From contig OZ024742.1 in NCBI GenBank assembly GCA_964016885.1, positions 92,008,001-92,072,000 on the forward strand: a DNA stretch of 64,000 nucleotides, in the 5' to 3' direction. Origin of the DNA: Eledone cirrhosa (taxonomy: Eukaryota). Of the stretch, positions 29,263-43,770 are shown one piece after another. Below the pieces are notes generated by a model. It did not search any database and was not told the origin of the DNA. It saw nothing but the letters and a program-made list of their open reading frames with translations. A program made the translations under genes and the position numbers. Position 1 is the stretch's first letter, and each line of letters starts with the position of its first letter.

Positions 29263-29709
29263 AAAATTGTCAAATATCTATTTCCTTCTTAAAGTGATAT
29301 AAGTATGACCTCGCCACTATTGTGTGTTGTATAGCAGATAATCAACAAACTACAATGATTTTATCTCTTTTTGCATTTGAATGGTTTTGTGACGTATTGG
29401 GATGAAATGTAAGTCATCATCAACACCTATACTATTCAACACTACTACAAGCGCCGACAACACCACCACTGTTACCGGTAACTATAGCACCATAAACGAT
29501 ATCATCATCATCGTACACATTGTGTTGAAGCATAACAATGGTCTCGTTATTGGAGATGTGTTGAGTCATACAGTAGACATTAGTATAATGGTGACAATGA
29601 GATTTGACATACATATGTTTTACTCAGTGAATCATTAGACAGCTGGACTGACCCGTTTTTCACTTTACTGTGACCTCTTTTTGCTATTTTTATTCTTATA
29701 GTCAACTCA

Positions 29710-29926
29710 AGGGCGGTGGATTGGCAGTATCGGTAGAAAGTCGGCTTAGAGTTGCAGCTTAGAGTTACGGACCTTTACGGTCTGAGTTCAAATCCCGCCG
29801 AGGTTAACTTTGCCTTTCATCCTTATGGGGTTGATAAAATAAGGCACCAGTAACGTACTGGAGTCGGTTTGATCGACTTCCGCGTCCCCCAAATTACTGA
29901 CCTTATGCCTATACTAGAAATCATTA
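29710..29926 (+). mobile_element. Full-length S1 SINE with 14-bp TSD, directly upstream of an older S1-like copy (about 29941-30085)
   Basis: ttatagtcaactca at 29696-29709 and 29927-29940. Confidence 0.88.
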
Positions 29927-30158
29927 TTATAGTCAACTCAGGGGGAATTGACAAAGTTGTTGTTAGAGCGTTGAATGTTAGAATGCTTTCCGGTATTCGT
30001 CCCGGCTCTTCGCGCTCTGAGTTCGAATCCCGCTAAGGGCGAATTTGCCTTTCATCCTTTCGAGGTCGATAAAACAGTACTGGGCTGGATTCTTCTTCTT
30101 TCTATATCTTTCCCACTTTCCTTCTTTCTCTGAAAGAAAAGGGCTGTGTAAATTGGCT

Positions 30159-30271
30159 CTGTTCAGACCCGAAGAGGAAGAATGGATATATACAATCTGT
30201 TCTGACCCGAAGAGGAAGAATGGATATATACAATCTGTTCTGACCCGAAGAGGAAGAATGGATATATACAA
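30159..30271 (+). repeat. 38-bp tandem triplication
   Basis: ctgttc(a/t)gacccgaagaggaagaatggatatatacaat x3, with no spacers. Confidence 0.95.
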
Positions 30272-31294
30272 ATTGGATAAGAGCCATCGGAGATCGGGTA
30301 TTTACTCCTCTTTGATAGGCAGAGTAATCCTAAATCTGTGGGGTTCCTCGATTGGCCCCTAAGTGGCAGTCGTCTCTTGAACTTCTTATATGTAAAATCT
30401 GTGTACACATGCTGTCACTTGATTTATTCATTCCATTCATAAAGATTTCTTTTTGTAACATGTCCCTTTAATATCTCTCCATCCGTCAACCTTGGGACAG
30501 AAATATAAAAAGATCGCTACAGTATTCGTAAAAATTGGGAATCATTGTTTATACATTCGTACATGTATGTCTGGTTAAAAGCGGGAATAAAAAGTCTTAA
30601 CCAATTTAATATAGCACTTTAAAGTTTAGTTGGGGTGACCTATGTATTAATGTTGAGAAGGCATAACCAGAGTGAAAACGTTAATTGTGTTGTGTTGGGG
30701 TATTAGTTATAGGTTAATATATTCATCACACACATACACACACACGTCCATTCCTATTACATGTTGATTACGATCTTTTAAACACACAAACAACTGTAAG
30801 CTGAGAACCACAATGGAGTGGCGAAGTCGTCTCTTAGAAGGACAGCAATGTAAACATACATGTATGTAGAGATGCATATGTAAATACAAGAATTTCTGAT
30901 GGAAGAAGAGGGTAAGAGTAGACAAGCATCTGTACTGAGGGTGGGTAGCAGATAAAAGTGTTAACAGATTTAAAGCCAGATTTGATAAACGTATGTTTTC
31001 TAAGACATTACTGTATGCATTGTAAGATGTGTGTGTGTTTGAGTGTGTATGGAGGAGTGGTGTGGAGTTGGTTGTTATTTACTTATATCGCAATTGGTGA
31101 ACAATAGCATTGTTGGTTACATGTTTTCGACAAATGGGCTAATCTCTGGTTCATTACATTCTGTTATTGCATGTGTTCTTTTAACCCTTTTGATAACCAA
31201 ACTAGCTGGAAACGCCCTTGGTTCTATAATACAAAACTGTTTAATTTAAATTGTTTATATTTATCTTGATTTTACGCCTTAATTTAAAAAACCT

Positions 31295-31550
31295 TTTTCT
31301 TCGTCTCTTCATCTTCTTAACCCACTTTTTCCTGAGATGATCGTGGGGACAGAGTCCTCATATTCCTTCCGGTGGGTCTTGTGAGAAGCAACCGTTTCCA
31401 ACTGATCCGGCTGGATCCGTAAGTGAGACAAGCCAAACTCATGGATGTAATCCAACCATCTTGCTTGGGGTCTGCCCCTGGGTATCCTGCCGGTTAGTTT
31501 TGCCCGTAAAATCTGATCAGAGATTCTTTCCTGAGACATTCTAGCCTCAT
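31295..31550 (-). mobile_element. RTE-clade LINE extreme 3' end, same family as 60760-61330
   Basis: RMSQERI..IL...LTGRIPRGRPQARWLDYI. Shares ccaactgatccggctggatcc with about 60919-60939. Confidence 0.8.
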
Positions 31551-31944
31551 TCCCATAATTATTTGAAATCATAGACAATATGTTTCATTATAAATATGAT
31601 AAAGAAAGTGTTAATGGCATACCTGAAACAGAAAACAAGCAATTGTCCCTGTCTTGCAATTATCCACTCTAATCAAACATCTTGAATTAGTTAGGTTCTG
31701 ACATGTAAAGAACATCATTTACCCGCTATAATTCTTCTTTAACCTATTAATTTAGTATCAAGATTTTAGGGACCAGTGTTGTAAAGAAAGAGGGAAGACG
31801 AGTTGTTGATGTGATTTCAAATTCTGGTCGAAACTTATTCATAAGTAAGCACTAAGACTGCTTAGTGATGTTGAGATGAGCCTGCATAACCTGTCCTGTT
31901 TCCTACAACATAATACATCACTTCATTGTTACCAATATTAAACC

Positions 31945-32523
<579 letters not shown>

Positions 32524-32629
32524 ATTAGGTTTAATTTATACATATAAAACATATTGATTATGTTACGCTGCAAAGAAAGCTCAATGAACATTAAGCTCAG
32601 AGCATCAATTATACAAATTTTATTTTATT

Positions 32630-32672
<43 letters not shown>

Positions 32673-33160
32673 CGCGCGCGCGCGCTCTTCAAACATTTTT
32701 TATGGGAGAAACAATAAAAAATTGAGCGAAACTCAAAGCAAATAATAAAGTATATCATTGGTTTGTATGAAGATGTAATCGGGATTACACAGATGTACGG
32801 CCTTCCATATATGTTTTTGATTTAATGTTTCATTTATAATTCAATTTTGTATCTTCTCTTTCTCACATGAAACATATTCAGACATATTTTTAGGGAATTG
32901 GGAAGAGAATATATATACCAAAAATAATTTTTTTAAATCAAATTTGGTTTGGGATTTGTAACGATTTTTTTCTGTTTTATTTATATTATATTATGTACTT
33001 GTGTGTTTATGTATATACATATATGCATACACATACATATATGAATGTGCATGTATATACATATATGCACGTATGTGCATGTATATACATATATGCACAT
33101 ACATGTATATACATATATGCACACATGTATATACATATATGCACACACACAGACACGTGC

Positions 33161-33194
<34 letters not shown>

Positions 33195-33419
33195 GCACGC
33201 ATGCGCACATTCATAAATATATATATATATATACGTACATACACATACATGCAGCTGTTTGCTGTTTTTCTGGAAGTTTTCTCCGTTGTACAGCAATTTG
33301 TATTTCTCTAAATCTAATGTATGAGCTCTCACATCTCACATCACATTGAACTGGTGCCACACTATTACTTCTTTGCCTCCTCCCCCAACAACAATAATAA
33401 TAATCAGAGAGAGAGATGG

Positions 33420-33636
33420 TGTGAAGGCGTGTTGGTTAGAGAACTGGATTCGCAATCGTGAGGTTGTCGGTTCGTTTCCTTGGTCGGTGATGCGTTATGT
33501 TCTTGAGCAACACACTTTATTTCACGTTACTCCTTCTACCTGGAGTTGCGACTGATAGATAGTATTATAGTATTAGCAATTGGAAAGACCAACGGAAACA
33601 TTGCTTCCTCGGTCCTATTTGACGAAAGTCGATCGA
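33420..33636 (+). mobile_element. tRNA-derived SINE family S2 (gtccttgagcaagacactt core, V/Meta-like)
   Basis: gtgaaggcgtg..tggttaga..ggttcg head, ttgagcaacacactttatttcacgtt core, tail ...gacgaaagtcgatcg. Confidence 0.8.
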
Positions 33637-33708
33637 CAAAAAAAAAAAAATAAGAAAAGAATATATATATATATATACATATACACACATATATACATAT
33701 ACACACAC

Positions 33709-33739
<31 letters not shown>

Positions 33740-33753
33740 CACACACACACATA

Positions 33754-33806
<53 letters not shown>

Positions 33807-34017
33807 GTACACACATATTATGCACACTCTTGCGTGCAAAGACGATTGCGCATGCCTAAACGATCAACTCAATTTAAAGAGAAATACGTAACTTAAATAA
33901 ATACATAAATAAATAAATTGACAAGTTTAATCCGAAAGTCTGAGTCATTATGTGTAACATGTATGTGGTTGACACCATTTCTGACTTGTTGTCGATAGAG
34001 TTGAATGATAGACACAC

Positions 34018-34063
<46 letters not shown>

Positions 34064-34135
34064 TCTACTTTTCCTTTTAAAATATTGACATTACATTTAC
34101 ATAGGTACATTAAACACACACACACACACACACAC

Positions 34136-34207
<72 letters not shown>

Positions 34208-34208
<1 letters not shown>

Positions 34209-34425
34209 TGAAGGCGTGTGGCTGAGTGGTTAGAGAATCGGATTCGCAATCGTAAGGTTGTGAGTTCGATTCCTGGACCAGGCGATGCGTTATGTCCTTG
34301 AGCAAGACACTTTATCTCGCGTTGTTCCTTCTACCTGGAGTTGCGACCGATAGATAGTATTAGCAATTGGAAAGACCAACAGAAACATTGTTCCCTCGGT
34401 CCGATTTGACGAAAGTCGATCGTTC

Positions 34426-34427
<2 letters not shown>
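34208..34427 (+). mobile_element. S2 SINE
   Basis: A box tggctgagtgg, B box gagttcgattcc, core gtccttgagcaagacacttt. Confidence 0.85.
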
Positions 34428-34499
<72 letters not shown>

Positions 34500-34508
34500 T
34501 ACATATAT

Positions 34509-34704
34509 AGGAACGATCGACTTTCATCTAATCGGACCGAGGAAACAATTGCTAGTACTATCTATCGGTCACAACTCCAGGGAGAAGGAGCAACGTGAAA
34601 TAAAGTGTCTTGCTCCAGAACATAAAACATCGCCTGGCCCAGGAATTGAACTCACAACCTCACGATTGCGAATCAATTCTCTAACCACTCAGCCACACGT
34701 CTTC
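34509..34704 (-). mobile_element. S2 SINE, inverted relative to 34208-34427
   Basis: Reverse complement of the preceding copy with a deletion of about 20 bp. Confidence 0.85.
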
Positions 34705-34974
34705 ACACACACACGCACACACACACACACACATACACACACACACACACACGAACACACACGAACACACACGAACATACACACATATATATACAATATA
34801 TTAACAAATGGAAACTATATTTATAAAACCATATTTATTTTATTATACATATTTCAAGGGCCACCAAGGCAAATTATGGTGCGCTTTCATCAAATAAAAT
34901 ACAATACAGATTAGTTTTATAAATAAATATTGACATACCCTGAAAAAAAGACAACCTTAACGGTTGGAGCTTTC

Positions 34975-35085
34975 AGGATGAAAGGCAAAGTTAGCTTCGG
35001 CGGACTTGAACTCAGACAGTAAAGGTCTGTAACTCTAAGCTGCAAAGCATGGTTTCCGACCCTCTACCGATTCTGGCAATCCACA
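34975..35085 (-). mobile_element. S1 SINE, head half
   Basis: ggatgaaaggcaaagtt...ccctctaccgattctggcaatccac. Confidence 0.75.
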
Positions 35086-36047
35086 GCATGCATATATATA
35101 TATATATAATATATATATATATGTGTGTGTTTGTGTGTGTGTTTGCGTGTCTGTGTACGTACGTGCATATATAAATGTGCATGCAATTGTTGAGAACTTG
35201 TCTAGTGAGTGTGTTTTGTTTTCATTAAATTTAGTGTAGAAATAAATACTACGTCCTTTTGCACTTATTTTGCATATATGTTATTTTTTTAATTATTAAA
35301 TCGTCAATAATCGGCCAGACTGGAATCTTTCCATAAATTCCGCGAAAACAATAGATATTTTCATCATTCGATCATGATGCAAGACTTAGACGTTTTCATC
35401 AGGTGTCGATTGCAGAATCAGTTAACAGTGAATATATGATAACATTGAATAGAAAATAGGGGATACAATTAGTTTGGGGATGGCTTGCCAATTCGGTGTT
35501 ATGGTAACACTACGGTAACATAAATCACACGCACACGCACGCGCGCGCGCGCGCATACACAGAGAGAAAGAGTGAAAGACATACACGTGTATGTATAAAA
35601 TAAATTATGTGGAATGGTGATCAACATTCCAAGAATGTAATTCGTTCACGCTGCTAGTATTAATAATTAAATGAAGATAATATGGTGGAATTAAATAGCT
35701 TGATCCATCTTTAATGAAAGGATTATTATATTATTGTATATAGTAGTAGGTCTTGTTGTGTGTTATAAAACTTTTGCTAAGCTGTCTGTCTGTTTGTACT
35801 GTACACATGTCCACAGGGCTGAACTAATTACTACAGTATATGTAATGATGTTGATAGTAGTAGTAGTAATAATAATGATAGTAGTAGTAATAATAATGAT
35901 GGTAATAATAATAATAATTTAATTTAATTACCACTAGGGCCCGTTACATAAACTGTGGGAGTTTACGGGGATCCGATGACAATTATGAAAAATAAACATA
36001 GGTTATATAAACACACACACACACACACACACACACACGTATATGTA

Positions 36048-36084
<37 letters not shown>

Positions 36085-36354
36085 AATTTATATAAATATA
36101 TATATATAGATGAGATTCTACAGGACTAGAACTGTTTCATTCTTTAGAAATCATCATTATATATATATAAGCGGTATGTATACAGTATCGATGATGAACC
36201 AATCCTCCTGGCAGAGAAGAATTTCAAAAAGTGACCAGGTATTGCAAGTGTACCCTTTCCTGGGGAGCGGAACTTCTTTTCAGGATTACGGGCTGTTGCT
36301 AGGAGTAGCCTTCCCATGTTTACCGTTTTAACAGTTTTTTACCGTTTTAACAGT

Positions 36355-36545
36355 TTCCAATTTAGGCAGAAGACCAGTAATTTCGGGGAGAGCAACATCT
36401 ATTATGTTGACCTCAGTACTTTAATCGACCTTGAAAGGGCGAAAGGCAATGGTGTCCCCGGAGGAATTTGAGCCCAAAACGTAAAAATTTGGAACAAATA
36501 GTGCAAGGGATACTTTCCGACAGTTTATCCATTCAGCTAATCCAT
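36355..36545 (-). mobile_element. Diverged S1-like SINE
   Basis: tttaggcagaagaccagtaatttcgggg...atcgaccttgaaagggcgaaaggcaa...ggaatttgagcc. Confidence 0.6.
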
Positions 36546-38336
36546 AATCCTACAACAAAAATAAATAGTTATAATAACAATACAAATAAAAAAAATTAAT
36601 AACGATGATAATTTCTTTTTTCGACCTCAAGTGCTGAATATGCTGGGGACAGTACGAACCACTACTACTAGATCATGTAGTAGTAGTAGTAGTAGGCGGC
36701 GGCGGCGGAGGTAGCTGAACTTTAAAGTATTGGCGGGGTCTTTAATACTATATTTATTATGTATATATATATATATATTACCCAGCAACAGGAAAAGGGA
36801 CCGCCGAAATGTCTGCATATGTAGATTTCTGTTTTGTTTTACAAGGCGGCATGTGTATTCCATTGGGGAATATATAAGGTTATAAAGTTTGGGATCTACC
36901 ATTCATATATCAACTGTTGTAAAAAGAAATCAACAACTAATCCTTGAACTTCAATTATTTATTTATGTATTTAAAAAAAAAAAAAAAAAGTGGGCCCCCG
37001 TACGCACGTTGCTCACTCAGCGTGTTAGAAAGAGCAGTCAAACCTCCCTCTGAATTTCATCTCACATAAGGGCCTAATAATGTATCTAGGAATATATTCT
37101 CGTTTGGATGAGGTAGTCTGATTGAAATAAAGACGGCATGGTTACGGTTAGTGTCTGAAAAGAAAAGTAGGGAGAATAGGGAAGGGAAAAATCTTTACAC
37201 CCTTAGTAGAACGATATATCTGGATCACGCAGAGAACTGGCAGTGATACCCGTTAGATCAACCGTTTCTGGTTAGAATAGACAGTCTCTTCGTGATACTG
37301 ATGCCGATACTGCAGGAAAACATAGACAGAGAAAGGATTAGGTTTTAATAGAATGATTCCAGCAGGTTAGGCTCAATCGACCAAAAGAAACTCAAAGATG
37401 ACCAGATGGTGATGTTAAAGAGTATGGCGTTTTACTTCAGTTTTTATTGTCCTTCATATAGGACTTTATAATCTGCTTAAAAACTAGTTGTTTTTTCTCT
37501 CTCTGTCTGTGTATTTTCCTATTTCCGTTATGTTTTCTTTATTCTGTATCGAGGAACATTTTTCTAAGACGTTTGAATACAGGCATAGTTTAGTTGGAGC
37601 CTACTTGATACCTCTTACAAAATATATTGGTTGCGGTTTATATTACTATTTTATATATATATTATTCATCTGACTTCTATGTATTAAAAATCAAACAAGA
37701 CTCCTGCCCCTATCAGTGGGGTTGGATCAAACACCGTGGAACGCAACATATCGGCGTCTTTCTACTGTCTAACACCCACTAAAATAACCCTCTGCAAGCC
37801 TTTTATTGCATTTTTGGCAACAGGGACAAAGCCGATCTTTTTCGTTACTGAGAAACGGAAAGGTTATCATAGATCGACATAATCCGTATTCCAGTATATT
37901 AAACGACTGACATCGACGAGATATGAAAAACAAAACTATTTTGAACTATCAGACGACATATACTGAACAACATAACATAATATTTCTATGAGTGAATGGG
38001 AGAACCTATGCCTGTCTTATTGGCAATTACACTTCATCGTCTTGAGAAAGGAAAGGACTCGTATTTAAGTCTTAGATACTTTAAAAAAAGACGACATGGC
38101 CATCACCTCAGTGCCGAGCGCGTTGATTATGTCGTTATTAGATCTATATTGACAAAGTTGTTCGATCGATTCCTAATACGGACGTCGTGTTGTGTTCTTG
38201 AGGAAGACGATTCATTTTACGCTGGTTTTCAGGATTGGACTGGGTCCTGTATCATTAATACACACCCAAGAAACCTAAGAGATGCAGCATTTTAGGAGAC
38301 CAGCTAAACTTGCATATGTGTGAGCTGCAATTTTTA

Positions 38337-38423
<87 letters not shown>

Positions 38424-38760
38424 CATGCTTGACCCGGCGGCTAAGCAACAAAATCAACATAAACTATCTCTGATAGCAAAGCCATTAGCTATATTATATA
38501 CTTAACTGATATAGTTCATCTTCACAGCCTCGTTTTGGTTCACCGTCTACAAATGCCGTTATTAACTCTAACTTTAGTTAAAGGCCAATATAAACTACAT
38601 GTAATTCATGTTTATTTCATGATTCTTGCCATGTCAATTAACTCTTTGCCCCATTTCAGAAAAATAAGCAACAAAATATCCATCACCCTTTCTGTCTCTA
38701 TGTATATTATACACAAATACACACACATAAAAACGCAAACAAGCCCGTAAACACACACAG

Positions 38761-38827
<67 letters not shown>

Positions 38828-38909
38828 GATATCCGTAGATAAAAAGCCAAAGAAAACAATGCTCAATCTATTGCAAGAGAGCTTGTTTAGTATATGTACT
38901 ATATATTTA

Positions 38910-38991
<82 letters not shown>

Positions 38992-39956
38992 GTATATGAT
39001 GTTCGTCAGAACAAGTAAAACTTGAAGCTAGATTTAAGAACTCACAATGCTGTTAAGCGGAGGTAATACAAATGTGAGAATGTGAGGTTGTATATATATT
39101 TACGTGTACATGTATATAGTTACGTGTACATGTATATATTTACGTGTAGATGTATATATTTACGTGTGCATATATATAATGTGGCATGCAAGGTATATCG
39201 TACAAACAATTCCACCCTCACTCACAGACTATTATATCTCTTCAGGAACAGAAAAATTGAAACTGATCTGATAAGTTTTTAGGCTCTTTAGAACTTCAGC
39301 AGCCGAGGTGTGGGTGTGTGTGTGTGTTAATAATAACAAGACGAAGTTAATTAATTAAAACCAGTTACGGCCGTTTCACATGTGTATGGTTAAACGTCCA
39401 TATTTGTGTTATAGACTTAACTCCAACATCAATCTGCTCTTCACTTGTTAATCAATCTTCTGTTTACAGAGATGTTGTAGCATACAAACTAGGACTCAAT
39501 CTAACTGGTCAGTCTAATTTGCATATCAGGAAAGCACTGACATACATAATTAATTTAAGATTTAATAATGTGTATAACATAAGAGTTATTATTAGAGATA
39601 ATTAACATATATGTCTTCAACCCTTTGTTCAAAATTGCCGCGGAATGTAAAGAATGGTAGAACTGTTAGGTAATGATTGTGATGATGGTAATTTTAGAAT
39701 ATATAGAAAACTTTGCGAAGGAGAGATAGTTACTATGTTTAAAATTTTACTTGTTTCAATCATTCAATCAATAGGTTGGTGCCATGCTGGAGCCAAACCT
39801 ATGTATATATTGGGTCAAGTATGAAATTTGTAGAAATTTGTTTTTTTTTTCTACAAATTTTTATATTTGACGACCATATATATATGTATATATATATATT
39901 TTAAAAAGTAAACAGAAAAAAACAAAAAAACGTGAAAGCGAAGAGGTAGTACAAAT

Positions 39957-40025
<69 letters not shown>

Positions 40026-41394
40026 GTGGGTGTGTTTATGTGTAATAGCTTTGAGAAGGAGATTAGTCAAAAATACTTTCTAGATCTAGATCGTTTAAAG
40101 TGTGTATAATTATGATTAATTAACGTGTGACATGCTTGAAGATATGAGTAATATTAAGTGGTACACAGCTCTACTATTACTACTAATACTACTGATACTA
40201 CTTAACATTGCTAATAGTAAAACAAAGAGTGGTGGTGGCTGTCGCCGTCGGCCTCTGTCGTGTGTTTAGATAGGTAGTTTTAGGACACGTGAACAGCAAA
40301 CACGATTTTCGATAGTATAAACATCTCTTCCATCCTCGATCCTGTCTCATTTGCTGCTCTCCTCCGTCTTGTTCTCATTTTCACTCTCCCTTCCTTTTTA
40401 TATCTTAGTGGTTATTGATAAGAAGTATAAATTCGTAGCAACCACCACTCCTTTCCCAGCATCTTATTTGTTTATTTAGTTTCCTTTATGTTGTTCGTTG
40501 TCGAATACAAAAGGGGTTTCAAACCGGCCCGCGAGACTTAGTCATAAAAAGTTATTATAAACGTGATCTTCCCGTCTTTTGTTAGGTCTCTGGTAAGACT
40601 CTCTAATGTGTCTTGTTTTTAACGACAGCGCAATTTGATTTCAGGGATATTTGACTTCTACTTTTAATAAGTCGATGTACCACATAGAAGCTCTATCGTT
40701 CACTCGCGGAGTATGTGGGGGAAGTCAGGGCATTTATATATCAAAATGATGGTGATATCTATAATTTATTGGGATATCCATAGACAAATTCCTCACTGGG
40801 TTACTACTGACATTATCTTGTGTATCCATTTCAATGGAGAAGCCCATACATTTCTCAACAATAATGATGGTGTGGTAGGGATAGAGATAAGCAGCTGTAT
40901 CTACACTTAGTATCTAACCGTGGCCAGGTGGACCGAATCATTAAGATGTTAAGCGTCCTGACAATAGATAGTGAGTGACAGTGAAGGCAAATATAAACTG
41001 CTGACCCCTTCTGTCTGTAAGATGGCTCTTATATTAGCTATGAGCAATGACGCTTGATCCACTTCCGGCGTGCTAAAGATTAGACTGCAGGAGTTATAAA
41101 GACAGAGTAATATATATATATATATATGAAAATGTATTCGTTATATGTAAGGGAAGGGGGTACATTTATGGAGGAAATCTGGGTGTTAGGAGCAAATGAA
41201 ATGAAAAAAAGAAAAGGTGAAATTTAGCAGGCAAACTACAATAGATTGGCTTCCGGTGTTCTGGGCTAAAAATAAAGCAGTGTCACCGGATATGTATTAT
41301 TTATTACAAAGAAAAGACAAAACTGACTTTGTGAGAATCGACCTGGATTTTTCTCTTAAATGAACTAATATTTTCTTTATAGGCTACACGTGTC

Positions 41395-41447
<53 letters not shown>

Positions 41448-42085
41448 CTAGAGAGAGAAAGCATGTATTTGTGTAGGTATGTTTGAATGTATGATGTGTG
41501 AGGTTGTCTATTTAGTGTGTAATACATATGCCTTTGATGTCTAAAAAGAAAGAAAAAATATAGGTTGTTTTAAATATATTATTTGTTCAGATCTGAGAAA
41601 ACTTTTATAATTATGTCACCCAGTTTTAATAGTTGATTTAGTCAAGATCCATCAAGGATGTCGAGTTAACAAGGGTCCACTATGTGGTCATTTGACACGG
41701 TAGAAATAGTTGTAAAATCTATTTTGAAAGCACATGTTACCGTCTCTGAAAAGAGGACACACCGAATTAGAGATATACAACGTATGAAAGACATTCCAGT
41801 ATTTGAGAGGTTTAGTAAGCAAACACCTTTCATTATTAAGCTGGTAATTGGAACATAACTTAACAAAGTTTCTGATGGAAGGTTCTTGAATAAATATAAA
41901 CGTTTTTGTATCGTAGAACCTGGGGCGGTTTCAAGCAATTTGGTCTCAAAAGAGTTTTACAGATATCGTTTGTTCATTATCTATGCTGTAGTCATTTTAT
42001 GATTTTTTAAAGAAAAAGTAATGTTTACATTTTAAAAAAAAAAGTAATGTTTACATTTCATCATATTTTTTTTCTTACATTTCAG

Positions 42086-42640
42086 AATTCCTTGATGGAC
42101 CAAGACTTATCATTAATGAAACAACTCCTGATTCTGAACGAAACCATTGAAGATTTGAAAGTACAGCGAGGTTATTTGTCCAGTCGTGGATCTCTGCCGT
42201 CCAGTTCCTGTGACTTGAGTGAAAGTCAGTGGTCGGTTTCAGAAACAGAAATGTTTGAGTCTGAAAATGATTTGGCAAACAAATACGCATCACCTTCCAC
42301 TTTATCTCTAAATCTCGAACACACCAGTGACTTTGAAGATATCATTAACGAGGCCAACAAAAAAATGTGTATCACTAAAAAGTTCTTTGAAAGAAAAAAT
42401 GGCGACCAATCACCGACGAAAATAAATGCTGGTGTAAATAGTAACAGCAACAGTGGAACTAGTAATAACGCTGTAATTAATAACAACAATAATAATACTA
42501 ATATCAACAATAATATCAGTAGCAGTAGCAGCAAAAATTATTTTGACAATGATTTCTCTAAGAGAGCAAAGCATGAAGAACAAAACTCATTCGACTCTGG
42601 CATACACGAAGCTAATTTCGACCCCAAAATTACTGTTTAA
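42086..42640 (+). CDS. Coding exon 2 (terminal) of the LURAP1/FAM89-like protein (184 aa + stop)
   Basis: Polypyrimidine tract and acceptor (ttttttttcttacatttcag|AAT), phase 0, matching the exon 1 donor. Encodes the second half of the leucine repeat, a Ser/acidic stretch, an Asn-rich linker and the tail ...NSFDSGIHEANFDPKITV-stop. Confidence 0.87.
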   Translation, partial: NSLMDQDLSLMKQLLILNETIEDLKVQRGYLSSRGSLPSSSCDLSESQWSVSETEMFESENDLANKYASPSTLSLNLEHTSDFEDIINEANKKMCITKKFFERKNGDQSPTKINAGVNSNSNSGTSNNAVINNNNNNTNINNNISSSSSKNYFDNDFSKRAKHEEQNSFDSGIHEANFDPKITV

Positions 42641-43725
42641 ACAACAAGATCTTATAATTGCGTATGGAAAGAACTGGTTTAGACAAAAGAAAAAACAACA
42701 GAACCATGGCTGAATGTGAATGAATGTTTTAAAACATTTCAGGCATGTTTTTGATTTCTTAAGAACGAGTGACCACATAAAGGGTACTTATTGTGTTTGT
42801 CAAAAGAAAAAAAAAACACATGTAAATGTGACATTTCGTTCTCATACTTAGTTTCGTGTGGAACCCAATATAACTAAACTATTCAAACCTTAAAATCGAA
42901 ATAGATGTTTGAAAGAGTATATTACTGTGGTGCAAATAGTGTGACTGGATTGTCTTCTCTTAAATAATTGTGGCAATTATGTGAAAAACCTGAGACCTGA
43001 TGTTATCAAAGCCACCCGACTAACAGACATTTTTCATACACATCACTTTAACACAAAGCAGTAATTATTACAAGGGTTAAACTAAAACTTGATTTTTCGA
43101 CCAATTAACAGAGTAGCGTCCCTGTCTATAATAGACATCTCTCGCTGATCCATCCCATTCTAATTCTTCGAAAATATCGGTCATTGGTGTACACATTGCA
43201 TACCTATATATGAAGTTATGAGATTGTATACATGTGAGACACATCTACAGTCGTCATAGATGTACCCCATAAAGTCATCATTCTCTAATCGATCTTGCTA
43301 TGACGTTTGAAAATAGGTCATGATTAAACTCCGAGAGAGAAAGGAAGAAAGACAAAACAGTAAGATTTGATGTACGTGTGAGATATCTGGGAACGAAAGC
43401 CCACGAAAAAGAAGCAAAGGATTGAATGTAGTGAATGACAAGACGGAAGAATTAAAATAGAGCAACTTCGACAAACACAACGATGACCTCGACAATCTGA
43501 CCCGAACCAAGACGAAAATATCAGAAAAAAAGAGACGAAATGATACGAGTGTGAAAGAAATAGTAAAAGAAAGTGTAAATGTCAAAAACGAAGACCCGTG
43601 TTTTTGCGGGCGGAAACATTATATGGAGAGCAGGATGTACATACACATATTAAACTGGTATTGAACGAAAAATGGAAGATTTCTTTCTTTGACTTTTTAA
43701 TAAACATTTGCTGCACAACCATATC

Positions 43726-43770
<45 letters not shown>

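Noticed and set aside
30159-30271. 38-bp direct repeats resembling a CRISPR array
   Set aside because: The units are contiguous with no spacers, there are no cas genes, and the context is eukaryotic.
42047-42085. MFTFHHIFFLTFQ as the N-terminus of a stand-alone 197-aa gene
   Set aside because: This is the translated polypyrimidine tract and acceptor site.
43298-43660. Purine-rich, coding-looking stretch downstream of the stop (95-aa ORF on the minus strand)
   Set aside because: The matching + frame has several stops, there is no recognisable domain or convincing splice site, and it fits 3' UTR sequence.
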